A stretch of 63,959 nucleotides of DNA, counting the filler, from Octopus bimaculoides (Eukaryota), in assembly GCF_001194135.2 (NCBI RefSeq). It is 7 parts of 6 records of this genome, joined end to end, with 100 filler letters (N's around TTAATTAATTAA, not from the genome) between each part and the next. Parts side by side here need not be neighbours in the genome. Positions count along the whole stretch, not along the records: positions 1 to 30,978 come from NC_068990.1; 6 more parts are not named here. The stretch is one strand, 5' to 3'. Position numbers and translations under genes: made by a program. Numbering within the stretch: the stretch's first letter is position 1; the number at the start of each line of letters is the position of its first letter. Shown one piece after another: positions 1-11,530 of this stretch. The notes beneath the pieces are model-generated. The model ran no database searches and had not been told where the DNA came from. It was given only the letters and a program-made list of their open reading frames with translations.

Positions 1-380
1 GGTCAGAGACAATGGTGCAAATTCTTTTAGCTAAATTAAAGGGGATATTTATCTTGGTGTGTTTTGGATGGCATGAGCTAAAAAGGAGGTATTGTTGTGA
101 GTCTGTAGGTTTGTGGTAGATGTCGGTTGTGATTTGGTTATTAGGTGTTTTTATAATTAAGAGATCAAGAAAAGGGAGATGATGTTTGCTGAATTCCATA
201 GTGAATTGAATGCTGGGATGTATGTTATTAAGTATGGATTTGATTTCTAGAAGTTTTTCATAGGGTTCCTTCCATATGATGAAACAATCATCCAAATATC
301 TTTTCCAGTTATCCATTAAAAAGATATGGAAAAGGTGTCCAAATTTCTGGCGTGAGGTTTCATATAGTGTTAATTCAAAA
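1..380 (-). mobile_element. Penelope-like element (PLE) reverse transcriptase fragment, running off the window edge
   Basis: My translation of the minus strand is stop-free: FELTLYETSRQKFGHLFHIFLMDNWKRYLDDCFIIWKEPYEKLLEIKSILNNIHPSIQFTMEFSKHHLPFLDLLIIKTPNNQITTDIYHKPTDSQQYLLFSSCHPKHTKINIPFNLAKRICTIVSD. It carries the YLDD, FTxE, LPFLD, YxKPT and SCHP motifs typical of PLE RT and thumb. Confidence 0.88.
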
Positions 381-469
381 ATATATATATATTCAGCTTA
401 TGATGAAAGGGTGAAAGGCAGACTGTATGATGCATGTGTGTAAACTGCCATGCTACACAGCAGTGAAAC

Positions 470-700
470 ATGGGGCCATGAATGCTGACTGGCTCCTGTG
501 CTGGTGGCATGTAAAAAGTACTCACTACACTCTCGGAGTGGTTCGCATTAGGAAGGGCATCCAGCTGTCCAAATCCTGTCAGACCAGGTTGGAGCCTAGT
601 GCAGCTGCTGACTCTCCAGATGTCAGTCAAACCGTCCAACCCATGCCAGCAGGTAAAACGGACGTTAATCGATGATGATCATTATGATGATGTTGATGTA
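470..700 (+). mobile_element. SINE family B copy, 3' part with (GAT)n tail
   Basis: Has ttaggaagggcatccagctgt ... aaccgtccaacccatgccagca ... ggacgttaatcgatgatgat, shared with copies at 8221, 15245, 28330 and 53530. Confidence 0.8.
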
Positions 701-2322
701 TCTATATATATATATATATCTGTGTGTGTGTGTGTGTGTATATAATATTATTTGCTGAAAGGGAGTTACAAAATCTTACATGTAGTAGAAATGAGATATC
801 TTACATGTTTCTCCTACACATATAATTTTATAGCTCCTATTATTCAAATGAAACTCATGTTATGGTGAATAAATAACACCAGGCATTTTTTTCCCAATCT
901 CCTGTTTTGAGATGTAATTACTCAGCAAAAAATATTTATGTCTATTTTTTTCAACTCTTATGCATACCTCATACAAACATAACATCTACAGACTGGAGTG
1001 CTGGAATAATTAGATGTGCATCAAGAGGGCACAGCTTAGATTATAACCCTGTCTACATCATATACATATATATACATATATGCATGTATGTATGTATGTA
1101 ACTATGTGTATCTATGTATGCATGTGTATATCATTTGCCAATACATATATCTAAGAGCTGTAAGCAGAAACAGAAAAATTGATACTTTCAAATAAAAAGT
1201 TACTGTGTTTCATCAAATTAGACATACCCTTGTCACCCTACTCTCATGCTCACCATCAGTTATTCAGTGAACCAGAGATTGACCTGTTAGAAACATGTAA
1301 CTAACACCACTATTATTCACCAATTGTAACATAGAATATATATAAAAATAAATAACGTCCTGCATAACTAACAGCCACAGAGATTGGAAATTCCTATCCT
1401 GATTTTAATTCTTTATTATGTCTAAGGCCAGGAGACTTAATTCTTAAATGACTCAGTCAAACTAACTGCAAATGTGTGCAAGGGTGATAGAATCATTGAA
1501 GTCTGTTGGCAGAGGCAATACTGTATAAGTGATAAATATTATATTAACTTACAAAACTAAGTTGAACGTCTTCTATTGGCATAACTTAACTTTATTTTCA
1601 TTGTTGCATTTGTTGTGTAGTCCCAAGACAAACTGTATGAAATAAACCTATGATGGAAGGCTTTCTGACTGTGACGATATGTTTTCTTTTGTTTCTTTTT
1701 TTTTGTTGAGAATATGTAGGAATACTTTATCTAATGTTCTCTTTCTTGTTTAAATGGAATGTCATTTGAGGAGAAGTTGCCACCAAATCACCATATCATG
1801 ATTCCCTCTAGGAGACTTAGCTACATTACATGAAGGTAGTCTTTAACACTGCTTCTCCACCCCAACAACAACTTAGTGCATTTGGTAACTCAGTTGACCA
1901 CCTGTTACTTGTATGTCATGTCACTGTAAAGATATAAAATTCAAACAAATTGTTTGAAAGGAAAAGAATATTATGTAATATGTCTGTAATACATCTCACC
2001 TTGTAGCTGTACAATGAAATGATAATTTTCAGACTATTCTTTGGACAAGAAGAATCTTTTTAGAATATCTACATATAGCTATGGCTGCATAGTTAAGTAG
2101 TTTTCTTCCCAAACATGAAGTCTTGCGTTCGATCATGATATGCACAGTCTTCAGCTATAATCTTCAATTACCAATGACTTATAAATGAAAGTTAGTACAC
2201 AAAAACTGTAGAGAATGCCATTGTATATGAATAAGTGTGTGAGTGTGTGAGAATATGTGTGCATGTGTATGAGTGGCTTTGTATGTGTATATTTATTTTC
2301 ATTGTCTTTACATTGCTTTCAG

Positions 2323-2435
2323 CAAGGGTGGTTGTTTATATTCCTCACAAATGAAACTTTATGCTCAGTGGTTCAACATGTGAAGGACCCTGAAATAGAG
2401 TACCTCATTTGTAAACAAGTAAGGGCTGGCATAAG
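2323..2435 (+). CDS. Candidate internal exon, product unknown (QGWLFIFLTNETLCSVVQHVKDPEIEYLICKQVRAGI)
   Basis: Acceptor ttttcattgtctttacattgctttcag, donor AG|gtaagt, one open frame. No recognisable domain; may instead be part of a decayed element ORF. Confidence 0.25.
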
Positions 2436-3240
2436 GTAAGTTATCCTATCATAGTATGTTGTTTCAAGAAGTCTCATCCAACCTATGACAGCATGGAAAA
2501 GAAACAAAACTGGAGACGTAAAACTGATATTACTGATGACGACTCTAGAATTAGATAATGCAATAATATTCTGGTGCAGACGTCCAGTTGTCATTTGGTG
2601 CCTTATTTCTGTATACACCAGTGGCCTTGTAAACAAGAATATCATTGCCCTTAGTTTAGATATAAAGGTTCCTAGTTCAAATCTAGTATGGGGATATGTA
2701 CATAATAAGGAATAAGATACATAAGTGGCAATGGATACCAGTGTAGATGAAGATATTGTAAAAATATTTCCTCTTGTTCAAAAACAAGTTTAAACTTTAA
2801 GTTTATAATAGCAACTTATCTCAGACATGAAGACATTGTGGAAGAAACATTTCTTAGACAAGCTAGGAATCAGTATTAATGATGTTACTTGGAATCAGTA
2901 AGTGTTTGAGATCTTTCAATATCAGACACCTTTATCCAGGCAACATAACCTGGGTACCAGTGTTGATCAGACTCCAGTTTGTATTCCAGCAGTGACAGTC
3001 TGTGGATCGGGCATATTAATCCAAAGCCCTCTGGTGGCTTTCTCTGCACTTTCATTTAATATTTATGAAGTGTTGATTAAACACTTCAATATATATAACA
3101 TTTGTTATCCTAATTTTGATGTAGAGTTTAGAATAATTTGTTCTCATAGGGGTCATTTAGCTTAATGATACAGAGCAGTCAGCTGTTATCTGAGAGATGC
3201 AGTGTCTGATTCTCTGTAGTCACCAACTGGCATTATATTA

Positions 3241-3390
3241 GGCACAGACGTAACTGTGTGGTAAGAAATTTGCTTCCAGGTTCAGTCTCACTGCATGGCA
3301 CCTTGGGCAAATGTCTTCTACTATAGCCATGGACCAAAGCCTTGTGAGTGGATTTGGTAGACAAACTGAAAGAAGCCCATCATATATATA
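3241..3390 (+). mobile_element. SINE family A, 5' half, degenerate
   Basis: ggcaccttgggcaaatgtcttctactatagcc ... aaagccttgtgagtggatttggtagac ... gaaagaagccc matches the full copy at 29960. Confidence 0.8.
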
Positions 3391-3598
3391 AATCACTCTG
3401 TTTCTGCATAATTTTCACATTCCTTTATTTATATTTTCCAGAAAAATATTGAAATTTTGTTGAAATCAACATTTTAAATAACTGTTGAAATATTTGTTAT
3501 TTTCATTTAAAAAGTGAAAATTAAAAAATATAAAAAACAACTAAGCACAAGTATTATTTTACCTTGTTTATATCACAGGGTCATTCATTCCATAGCTA

Positions 3599-3722
3599 TC
3601 ACATATCAATTTCTTTTCCTGAATTAATTTCTTTTTCCACACCAAAATCAGTTTTGGAATTTTCTAAGCCAAAAGTCAGTCCCTCACTTTCTTCATATTG
3701 TAAAAATGAGAGAAAAATTATA
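3599..3722 (-). CDS. Candidate terminal coding exon (...FLQYEESEGLTFGLENSKTDFGVEKEINSGKEIDM*)
   Basis: Minus-strand acceptor ttattcttttcactcag, then a non-repetitive open frame ending TGA TAG. No family recognised. Confidence 0.22.
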
Positions 3723-4020
3723 CTGAGTGAAAAGAATAATAGTTTACACACCACCACCACTGCCACTGCCACCACCACCAACACCACCATCACTAACACC
3801 AACACTACTGCCATCCTAACCAGTACTTTATCCACATATGCAGCAGTTACTAATAGTTACTAATAACAACAGGCTAGTACAATGCAGCTGATACTAATAA
3901 ATAATTAATTCTGCCATTGCTACAATGTAATCTTTAACATTCATTCCAAATTGATTAGTTTCCTCAGATTTTTAAAATAAATTTATTTCAGTCATATTTT
4001 TCTTTATTTAACTTTTATCT

Positions 4021-4196
4021 TTTACTTGTTTCAGTCATTAGACTATGGCCATGCTGGGGTACCATCTTGAAGAGTTTTTAATAAAACGAATAGACACCAG
4101 TACTCAATTTTGCTTTTTTAAACCCGGTGCTTATTATTCTTTTATAACCTTGGTTCTTATTTTATTGGTCACTTTTTGCCAGACTGCTGAGCTATA

Positions 4197-4200
<4 letters not shown>
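4021..4200 (-). mobile_element. SINE family A, 3' half, degenerate
   Basis: tttacttgtttcagtcattagactatggccatgctgg is the reverse complement of the family A 3' end. Confidence 0.65.
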
Positions 4201-4228
<28 letters not shown>

Positions 4229-4562
4229 NNNNNNNNNNNNNNNNNNNNNNNNNNNNNNNNNNNNNNNNNNNNNNNNNNNNNNNNNNNNNNNNNNNNNNNN
4301 NNNNNNNNNNNNNNNNNNNNNNNNNNNNNNNNNNNNNNNNNNNNNNNNNNNNNNNNNNNNNNNNNNNNNNNNNNNNNNNNNNNNNNNNNNNNNNNNNNNN
4401 NNNNNNNNNNNNNNNNNNNNNNNNNNNNNNNNNNNNNNNNNNNNNNNNNNNNNNNNNNNNNNNNNNNNNNNNNNNNNNNNNNNNNNNNNNNNNNNNNNNN
4501 NNNNNNNNNNNNNNNNNNNNNNNNNNNNNNNNNNNNNNNNNNNNNNNNNNNNNNNNNNNNNN

Positions 4563-4633
<71 letters not shown>

Positions 4634-4949
4634 TTATATTTAAATATATATATATATATATTCATATATATATATAAATATATACATATTTATATGTAAA
4701 TATACATACATTATATACATGTACATTGTTTCTTTACATGAAATATTTTGGCATGTTGTCTCATTGAAGCAGGCACGTTTTTACAATTTACCAAGACTTG
4801 AACACATGCAAATACTATCTCTTTCCATGCATCTTGATCCTTCATCATCTCAGCTGTGAAACTTAAACTTCTTAAGTCTGATCTAATTACACTCAGTCAT
4901 TTCATTGTTTATCAATAGTTGATGGCAACATTCACCAACCATACACATT

Positions 4950-5350
4950 AAAGATCCACACAAGTATTGTTGTTTGTATTCTGTGTATTGGCTGATGCAT
5001 TTCAGGACCAGCTACTTACTCAAATTACTTCCACTCAACCTATTTCTCAAGTTAACATTGAAACACTTAACCAGTCTCTTGAGCTAACATTGCACATCTT
5101 ACAGATCATGCTCAACACACTCCCTACTATCATTCTCTATTTTTGATAACCACTGCCTATATTTCGCTGTTGTTTAGCATCATTGCTTCAGTCACATGCC
5201 TCTTTCTATATTTTGCCTCATGTCGATTCACCTACGTATAAACTACCTCCCTCAAATCTTAATCCTTATCCAACCACAAGCTGCCTTTCCCCGACAAAAT
5301 ACGCCACCAAGTAATGGAACTTCTTTACTACTTCCATCCATCTAAATGCT
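4950..5350 (-). mobile_element. Decayed RTE-clade LINE remnant, post-RT region
   Basis: Minus-strand pieces MEVVKKFHYL, EAMMLNNSEI*AVV and SMICKMCNVS resemble the RTE pattern F.YLG ... MLHGSETWA ... MLRWMCNVS. Many stops. Confidence 0.5.
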
Positions 5351-6602
5351 CTGTTGCCTTTGGTTTAATGCTGCCTATGATCTAGATTATTTTGTAGACC
5401 CCAAAATCAGGCATTCTTTACATACCAGAGATTCATTAGGGCAGCTGTTGTTCAGAGGGATTTACATAATATTGTATTCTTGTCTTCCTGAATAATTGAA
5501 ATGGGCAATTTCTCAGATATCATTTAGTGTTATTTGTTCATGGTAGTTTTAACACTTTACTTTTGAGTCCATTAATCTTCAGACCTTAACATTCATTTAC
5601 CTAGAGAATGAAAAAACTATCAGCTGCTGATTGGCTCATGGAAGTGGTTACCAGCATGAAAGTGTTTGCTTAGAATTAGGTTTAATGTTGATAATTAATT
5701 TAGTTAGATACGTCTTCAAGAAGCCTTGTTTCTTTCTTTGTCAGCTTTTTCATTTGGGTTTTAGAGGCTAGCAGAAATAATTAAAAATCTGGAAAGAACT
5801 TAGAAACTTAAACAAGAGAGCTTCAGTCATCTAGCTTGAAATTGAGCATAGCAATGACTTAATGATTAAACGAAGAGGAGAGTTCAGCATGGGAGATAAC
5901 AGAAGTAAGTAAAAAATTTAGTATTTCGTATGTAGTGCAAACAATATTGTTTATGAAACACAGAATTAAGTGTTCAGCAACTAAAGATATAGAGTTATAG
6001 ATATAACTGCCAACATGTAAATATGTAGATACAATTAATAGAGTGATTGTTCTCATTAGGTATGGCTATGTAGTGGATTTCAAGCCAAATCACAGTAATT
6101 TCACATGATCATTGTTTCCAGTAGTGATGGATCCACCATGGATAGCTATACTAGTTAATTGTTATAGATCCCAACAGTATGTCTCACCTGGTGTGTGATT
6201 GTTGCTGTTAGATTTTGTTAAATGACCAACACAGAAAAAAACTATATACAGTAAGTAAATCTCCTGTTAGCAGTTCACAAGTGTTGTTAGTTACTTCTAC
6301 ATGCAGCCCTAGGCAGACATTTTCATTCGCTATCAGTAAGCAACACCCATGGTAGCTATGAATAAGACATAATTGTGAGATGAGAACTTTTGAATGAAAT
6401 GAAGAGAGAATTTGTGAAAGATTTCAGTGTGTTTAAGATTTAATATTAAAAATAATCAAGTAGTAGCTGCTAGAATGAGAATTGTAACTTTCCATAAGAA
6501 AAGGGTTGTGTGTTTTCCTATTTTAAGGTAAATACCTTGAAAACAAGAAAAGCACATATCTGGTGAGGTTTGAAGCTGATTTTAAAATGTACTACATTTT
6601 AA

Positions 6603-6823
6603 CCCTATAACATTTAAACTTGCTATATTCAGCCAAAATATTCTACTGACTTTATGTTCAAACCAACTGGATCTAGCCTCTCACACCTGTTCTACAATGT
6701 CATTGTAAAACAAAACAATAACATCATTGAAATCTCAAAGCCACAAGATAATTCCCAGTTAATCCAAAACCATGTGAATAAGTAAGCTTTACATTTGACA
6801 GAGTAATCTAAATGCTAAAAGAC
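6603..6823 (+). mobile_element. piggyBac-type MITE, degenerate copy
   Basis: Starts ttaa|ccctataacatttaaa and ends gagtaatctaaatgctaaaagac; the body aligns with the copy at 26625. Confidence 0.7.
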
Positions 6824-7099
6824 TGAATCTGTGTACATGTCAAGGTGAGGTGAAGAAAACATCCAGTTCCAAAATATGCTACTGTTTTAGCTTAATATTT
6901 AATTGCAAATAATAATAGATTTAATTAAGGCTGCTGAAGAATCCATTATGAAATGAAATGGTTCATTCGAAGTAGGTGGGTAGCAAATGGTACCAAAGTG
7001 TTTGAGGTAAATGTAATCACACTTGAGTTTAATTATTATTTTTTTAAAGGTATTTGATGCCACTTAATTGATAAAATAGAAACTAATCCAATTGAGGAT

Positions 7100-7600
7100 T
7101 AACAGATTGTTACTAAATCAAGTAATCAAAAGCTTTACTGTAGTGTAGTCCCAACAGAACTGTGATCCAAGAAGATAAAAGATAACAGTTACAATTAAAT
7201 ACAAAACATAATAGAGAGAACACAGCGATATGACATCAAGATTCACATAGGGAACTTCAATGCTTAAAACCAGTAATGATTGCAGAGATGTGGAAATGAG
7301 TATTGAACACTTTGGATCATCAGATGAGACAAATGGCATTGGCATTAGATTTTACTTCATCCAATATAATCACTAGTTTATTAATAGGAAATACGTTATC
7401 CAAACATCAAGACATCCATGAGAGAACATGGAGATCACTGGATGATATCAGATAAGATGCAATTGATTTTATCTCTGTGTTAGAGAAAAATCGTGATTCT
7501 CTTTGAGAGTTGTACACATTCACAGAACTACAAATAGCAGATCCGACCATTATCCGTTTGCTAGTGAAATTCAACTTAAATTCAAGCAGGTATCATATTG
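7100..7600 (+). mobile_element. Decayed LINE AP-endonuclease remnant, RTE-like
   Basis: Pieces IQNIIERTQRYDIKIHIGNFNA, IGNTLSKHQDIHERTWRS, AIDFISV and a terminal DHY match AP-endonuclease motifs. Multiple stops and frameshifts. Confidence 0.65.
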
Positions 7601-7899
7601 AAATTAACTAAACCCTTTTGATCGTAATAGATTGTAGCCAAATTTAAAACAGTAGTGTGCACACAAGATGGTAACAATTAATTAGTATGATGATATTTAA
7701 GAGAAATGGTAATCCTTAAAGACAGAAAACAGTTTGGGAAATGCAAAGGATCATAGTGAACAATGGACTAGTGGAGAATTTGGAATAGGACCAATAAATG
7801 TAAAGCTAGTAAAGCAAATCCAAAATCCTAAGATTGAAAAGGTTGAATTGCTTGAATAAGAGAAAGAATTACATAAAAATATTTAAAGATGGTTGCTAC

Positions 7900-8210
7900 A
7901 AGGCTCAGATGTTGCTTTGTGTTAAGATGCTTGTTTCCCAACCATATGCCAACTATTTGGTACATGGTTCAGTCACACTGTATGGCACCATGGGCAAGTA
8001 TCTTCTACTATAGCCTTGGGCAGATCACAGCCTTGTGGTATAGGTGCAGAAGTGGCTGTGTGGTAAGTAGCTGGCTTACCAACCAAATGGTTCTGGGTTC
8101 AGTCCCACTGCATGGCACCTTGGCCAAGTGTCTTCTACTATAGCCTTGGGCCGACCAAAGCCTTGTGAGTGGATTTGGTAGACTGAAACTGAAAGAAGCT
8201 TGTTGTATAT
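7900..8210 (+). mobile_element. Two tandem SINE family A 5' halves: an old copy followed by a younger copy from about 8042
   Basis: The block ggcacc(a/t)tgg(g/c)caagt.tcttctactatagccttggg occurs twice. The second head is tggctgtgtggtaag ... ggttcagtccc (A/B-box-like). Confidence 0.8.
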
Positions 8211-8220
8211 ATATATATAT

Positions 8221-8440
8221 ATCATCATCATCATCATTTAACGTCTGTTGTCCATGCTAGCATAAGTTGGATGGTTTTAACCTGGGCTGGGAAGCTGGAA
8301 GGCTGCACTAGACTCCAGTCTGTTTTATCATGGTTTCTATGGCTGGATGCCCTTCCTAATGCCAATCACTCTGAGAGTGTAATGGGTGCGTTTACTTGCC
8401 ACCAGCACAAATACCATTTGCATGACACCGGTACCACATA
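8221..8440 (-). mobile_element. SINE family B copy
   Basis: (ATC)n tail followed by tttaacgtc ... ggctggatgcccttcctaatgccaatcactc. Confidence 0.8.
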
Positions 8441-8648
8441 TATGTGTGTATGTGTGTGTATGTATATATATNNNNNNNNNNNNNNNNNNNNNNNNNNNNN
8501 NNNNNNNNNNNNNNNNNNNNNNNNNNNNNNTATATATATATATATATATATCGTTGTTTGTTTTATATTATTATAAAACAATTTTTACATTAAATTGAGG
8601 GATTATTCAGTACATTTGGCAGAGTACAAATTTATCATTCTTTTATTG

Positions 8649-8693
8649 ACAGTGACTTCGAAGTTTCAGCCAGCCAAGCAATCATCAGACTGT
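8649..8693 (-). ncRNA. Minimal type I hammerhead ribozyme motif
   Basis: Minus strand reads ACAGU-CUGAUGA-UUGCUUGGCUGGCU-GAA-ACUUCGAAGU-C-ACUGU: 5-bp stem I, intact core, palindromic stem III and GUC cleavage triplet. Stem II is weak. Confidence 0.72.
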
Positions 8694-8854
8694 GATGCAT
8701 TTAAGTCCATCTTGGTTTTGTATAGTCCCTGTTGAAGATTTTATCAAAATAATTTTGTAATTATCAAACTTGTATTTGGAACATAAATTAACATGAAATT
8801 TTCCGGTAATTTTCGTTTCATTTCTTGTCTTGCAAGTTAGTAAAACCTCACTAA

Positions 8855-9050
8855 TGCTGGTAACACAAAGAATGCACCCAGTACACTGTAAAGTGGTTGG
8901 TATTACAAAGAGTGACCAACTATAGAAACCATGCCAAGGCTGACATTGGAGTTGAAATTAACCCTACAGCTTGCTGAGTCCTGTCAAACTATCCAACCCA
9001 TACCAGCATGAGAAATGGACGTTAAATGTTGGTGACAGTTATCATTATGA
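8855..9050 (+). mobile_element. SINE family B copy, old
   Basis: tatccaacccataccagcatgagaaatggacgttaaat matches the family B 3' end. Confidence 0.65.
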
Positions 9051-9135
9051 TACACACACATACACATATATTTATATTTATATGTGTATACATACACATA
9101 CTGTATATAAATACATATATAAAAATCCAAATTTG

Positions 9136-9298
9136 GGGAATGGAGTAGGTAAATTGCAGGCTACATATGTTTCCTAGTTAGTAGAACCTCAGAAATAGTA
9201 ATTAGCCCCAACAGCGAGTACTCATTGAGTAATTACCACTTCTGAGGTTTTGTTAGTTAGTAAACGTATGTAGCCTGGATTTTACCTGCTTCATTCCC
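9136..9298. repeat. Long imperfect inverted repeat (fold-back), 69-bp arms
   Basis: Arm 9136-9204 versus the reverse complement of 9230-9298 matches at 56/69 positions by manual alignment. Confidence 0.9.
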
Positions 9299-10280
9299 TA
9301 ACTACATATATTTATATATACATGTATGTGTATATATCAATGCATATTTGTATGTAATTATCCATGAACGTGTATAGGATATTGCTGGTACAAGACAGAT
9401 ATTTACAACCAAGAAAATCTGATTTCAGTTGCTGTGCAGAAGCTTAACAAAGCTGAACACACAGACATAAAATTGCAAAGTAGCTTCAGCCATATATACA
9501 AAGAAAGATGTAAAAGTGGGTGTATTTTTTCAGACAGATGTAGATATTGATAGATGCATAGATTCTTGAATATATAGATAGACTAGGAAATAAGTATATA
9601 GATGCATGTATGAATGGTTTGCAAGAACTGACAAATATATTTTAATGTCATGTCAAAGTGTGTGTGTGCATGGATTAGTGTCTATGTGAGTGTGTATGTA
9701 ATATAATATATGTGTATGTTATAGATATACATTGTATATAGTATTATAATAGATCAGGATTCAAGTGATTCAGGCACTTTATCTATCTGTTGTTATTTAT
9801 TCATTTATATTGTATATAGTATGTATATAAGTGCACACACACGCATGTACATATATATGTCTCCTCATCTAACTATCCTTCTATTTATGTATCAATCTAT
9901 CATTATCACATCTATATATTTATCTGTGTATGTGTTATCTGATGTGTGTGTATGTTTGTGTGCATGCATGTGTGTATGTATATATACACATATACATATA
10001 TATAGGTGTGTTGTACTAGATTGAGGGAAGGACAGAGAAGTATAGTAGATGTGTGTGCAGATGTATCTATCTTGATCTATATCCATTGATATATGTATAT
10101 ATATAAAATTTATTAATAAGGGTAGAAATTGATATTAATCAATTAAAACCAGTGGTCTAGCATATTAAAAAAATCCGAAGATATTTTTCATGGTTAGATG
10201 ATTCGGCATCTATTTCTAGCATATAGGAGTCCACTTTTGCTGGTCATTCCTCTTATTTTTTGTATGTATATATATATATA

Positions 10281-11530
10281 TTGGATCTTCCCATAAACAA
10301 TGCAGCTTTTTCAATTGCATGAACTAAAAGTCGGAGGGGGATCAGATAAGCTACCTGCATCAACTTGCAATACAAGCAGGTAGTAATTTTACCTTGTACT
10401 TATTCATAGGGCAAGTTTTGAAGAGTGCAATTGGATTTTAACAGTTATTTTTTCAAAGCTATAATGGAAGTGGCAAATGAGCATATTCAGCATATTTTAT
10501 TTTTATGAGTTTAATAAAGGCAACACTACAAGAGAAAGTGTGAGGAATATTAATGCGGTATATGGGGATAGGACAATAAGCATAAGCCAGTGTCAACGGT
10601 GGTTCCAGAAATTCAGAGCCAGAGACTACGGCCTAGAAGACAAGCCTCATTCTGGAAAATCTGTAGAGTTCAGCGAGTATGTCCTGCAAACCCTGGAGCA
10701 ACAAAATCCCATCGTAACTGTTGAGGAACTAGCAGAAAAGCTTGGATTTGGTCATTCAACTATTCATCGACATCTGCGTGCCAATAGAAAAGTCAGCAAA
10801 TTATGTCAATGGATTCTTCACAAACTTTCTGAGTCTAATCACATGCAGAGAGTGAATGGGTGCTTTGCTGCCATGTCTCACAAATGAACCTTTTTTGTAC
10901 TGAAAAGTGACTGGTGATGAGAAATGATTTCTGTATAAAAACCTCAAGTGTCAAAGACAGTGGGTAGGGAAAGGAGAAACACTGGCATCCCAGGCTAAAG
11001 AAAGTCTTCACCCATGCAGGGTGTTGTCATCTGTTTGGTGGTATATGAAAGGTTTAGTCCAATTTGAACTTTTAAACCCCAATTAAATGATAACAGAGGA
11101 GATTTACTGTGAGCACCTTGAATGGCTTAAGTCAGTGCTAGAAGCAAAGTGACCATCTTGGGTTTCAAGAAGAAAGGTGTTCTTCTGTCAGGATAATGCT
11201 CAGCCAAGATTGGCCACATACAGTGACAATGGCATTCCAAAGGCTGGAGCAGTTTGAATGGGAAAAAATGCCCCATCAACCATATTCGGTGGACATTGCC
11301 CCATTTGATTACCATTTATTCCACAGACTTCAAAATCTTTTAGACTGAAAAAATATGGAGGAGTATTTTTCATCACTGACAAGTGAATTTTGGAAGAGGG
11401 GCCTTGCAAGTCTACCAGATGGATGGAAGAACATTGTAGAAAATGAAGGATAGTATATTTTAGATTAAAAAAGAACTTTATCTTAATTTTTTAAAATAAA
11501 AGAAGTATAAAAGAACAAGTCATTACTTCT
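10281..11530 (+). mobile_element. Decayed mariner (D,D34D-type) DNA transposon
   Basis: Across frames: MEVANEHI ... FYEFNKG ... QCQRWFQKFR (HTH), VSKLCQWILHKL, VTGDEK, QDNAQP and PYSVDIAPFDYHLF. A TA plus ttggatcttcccataaac 5' TIR-like end is present. Frameshifts and stops make it non-functional. Confidence 0.93.
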
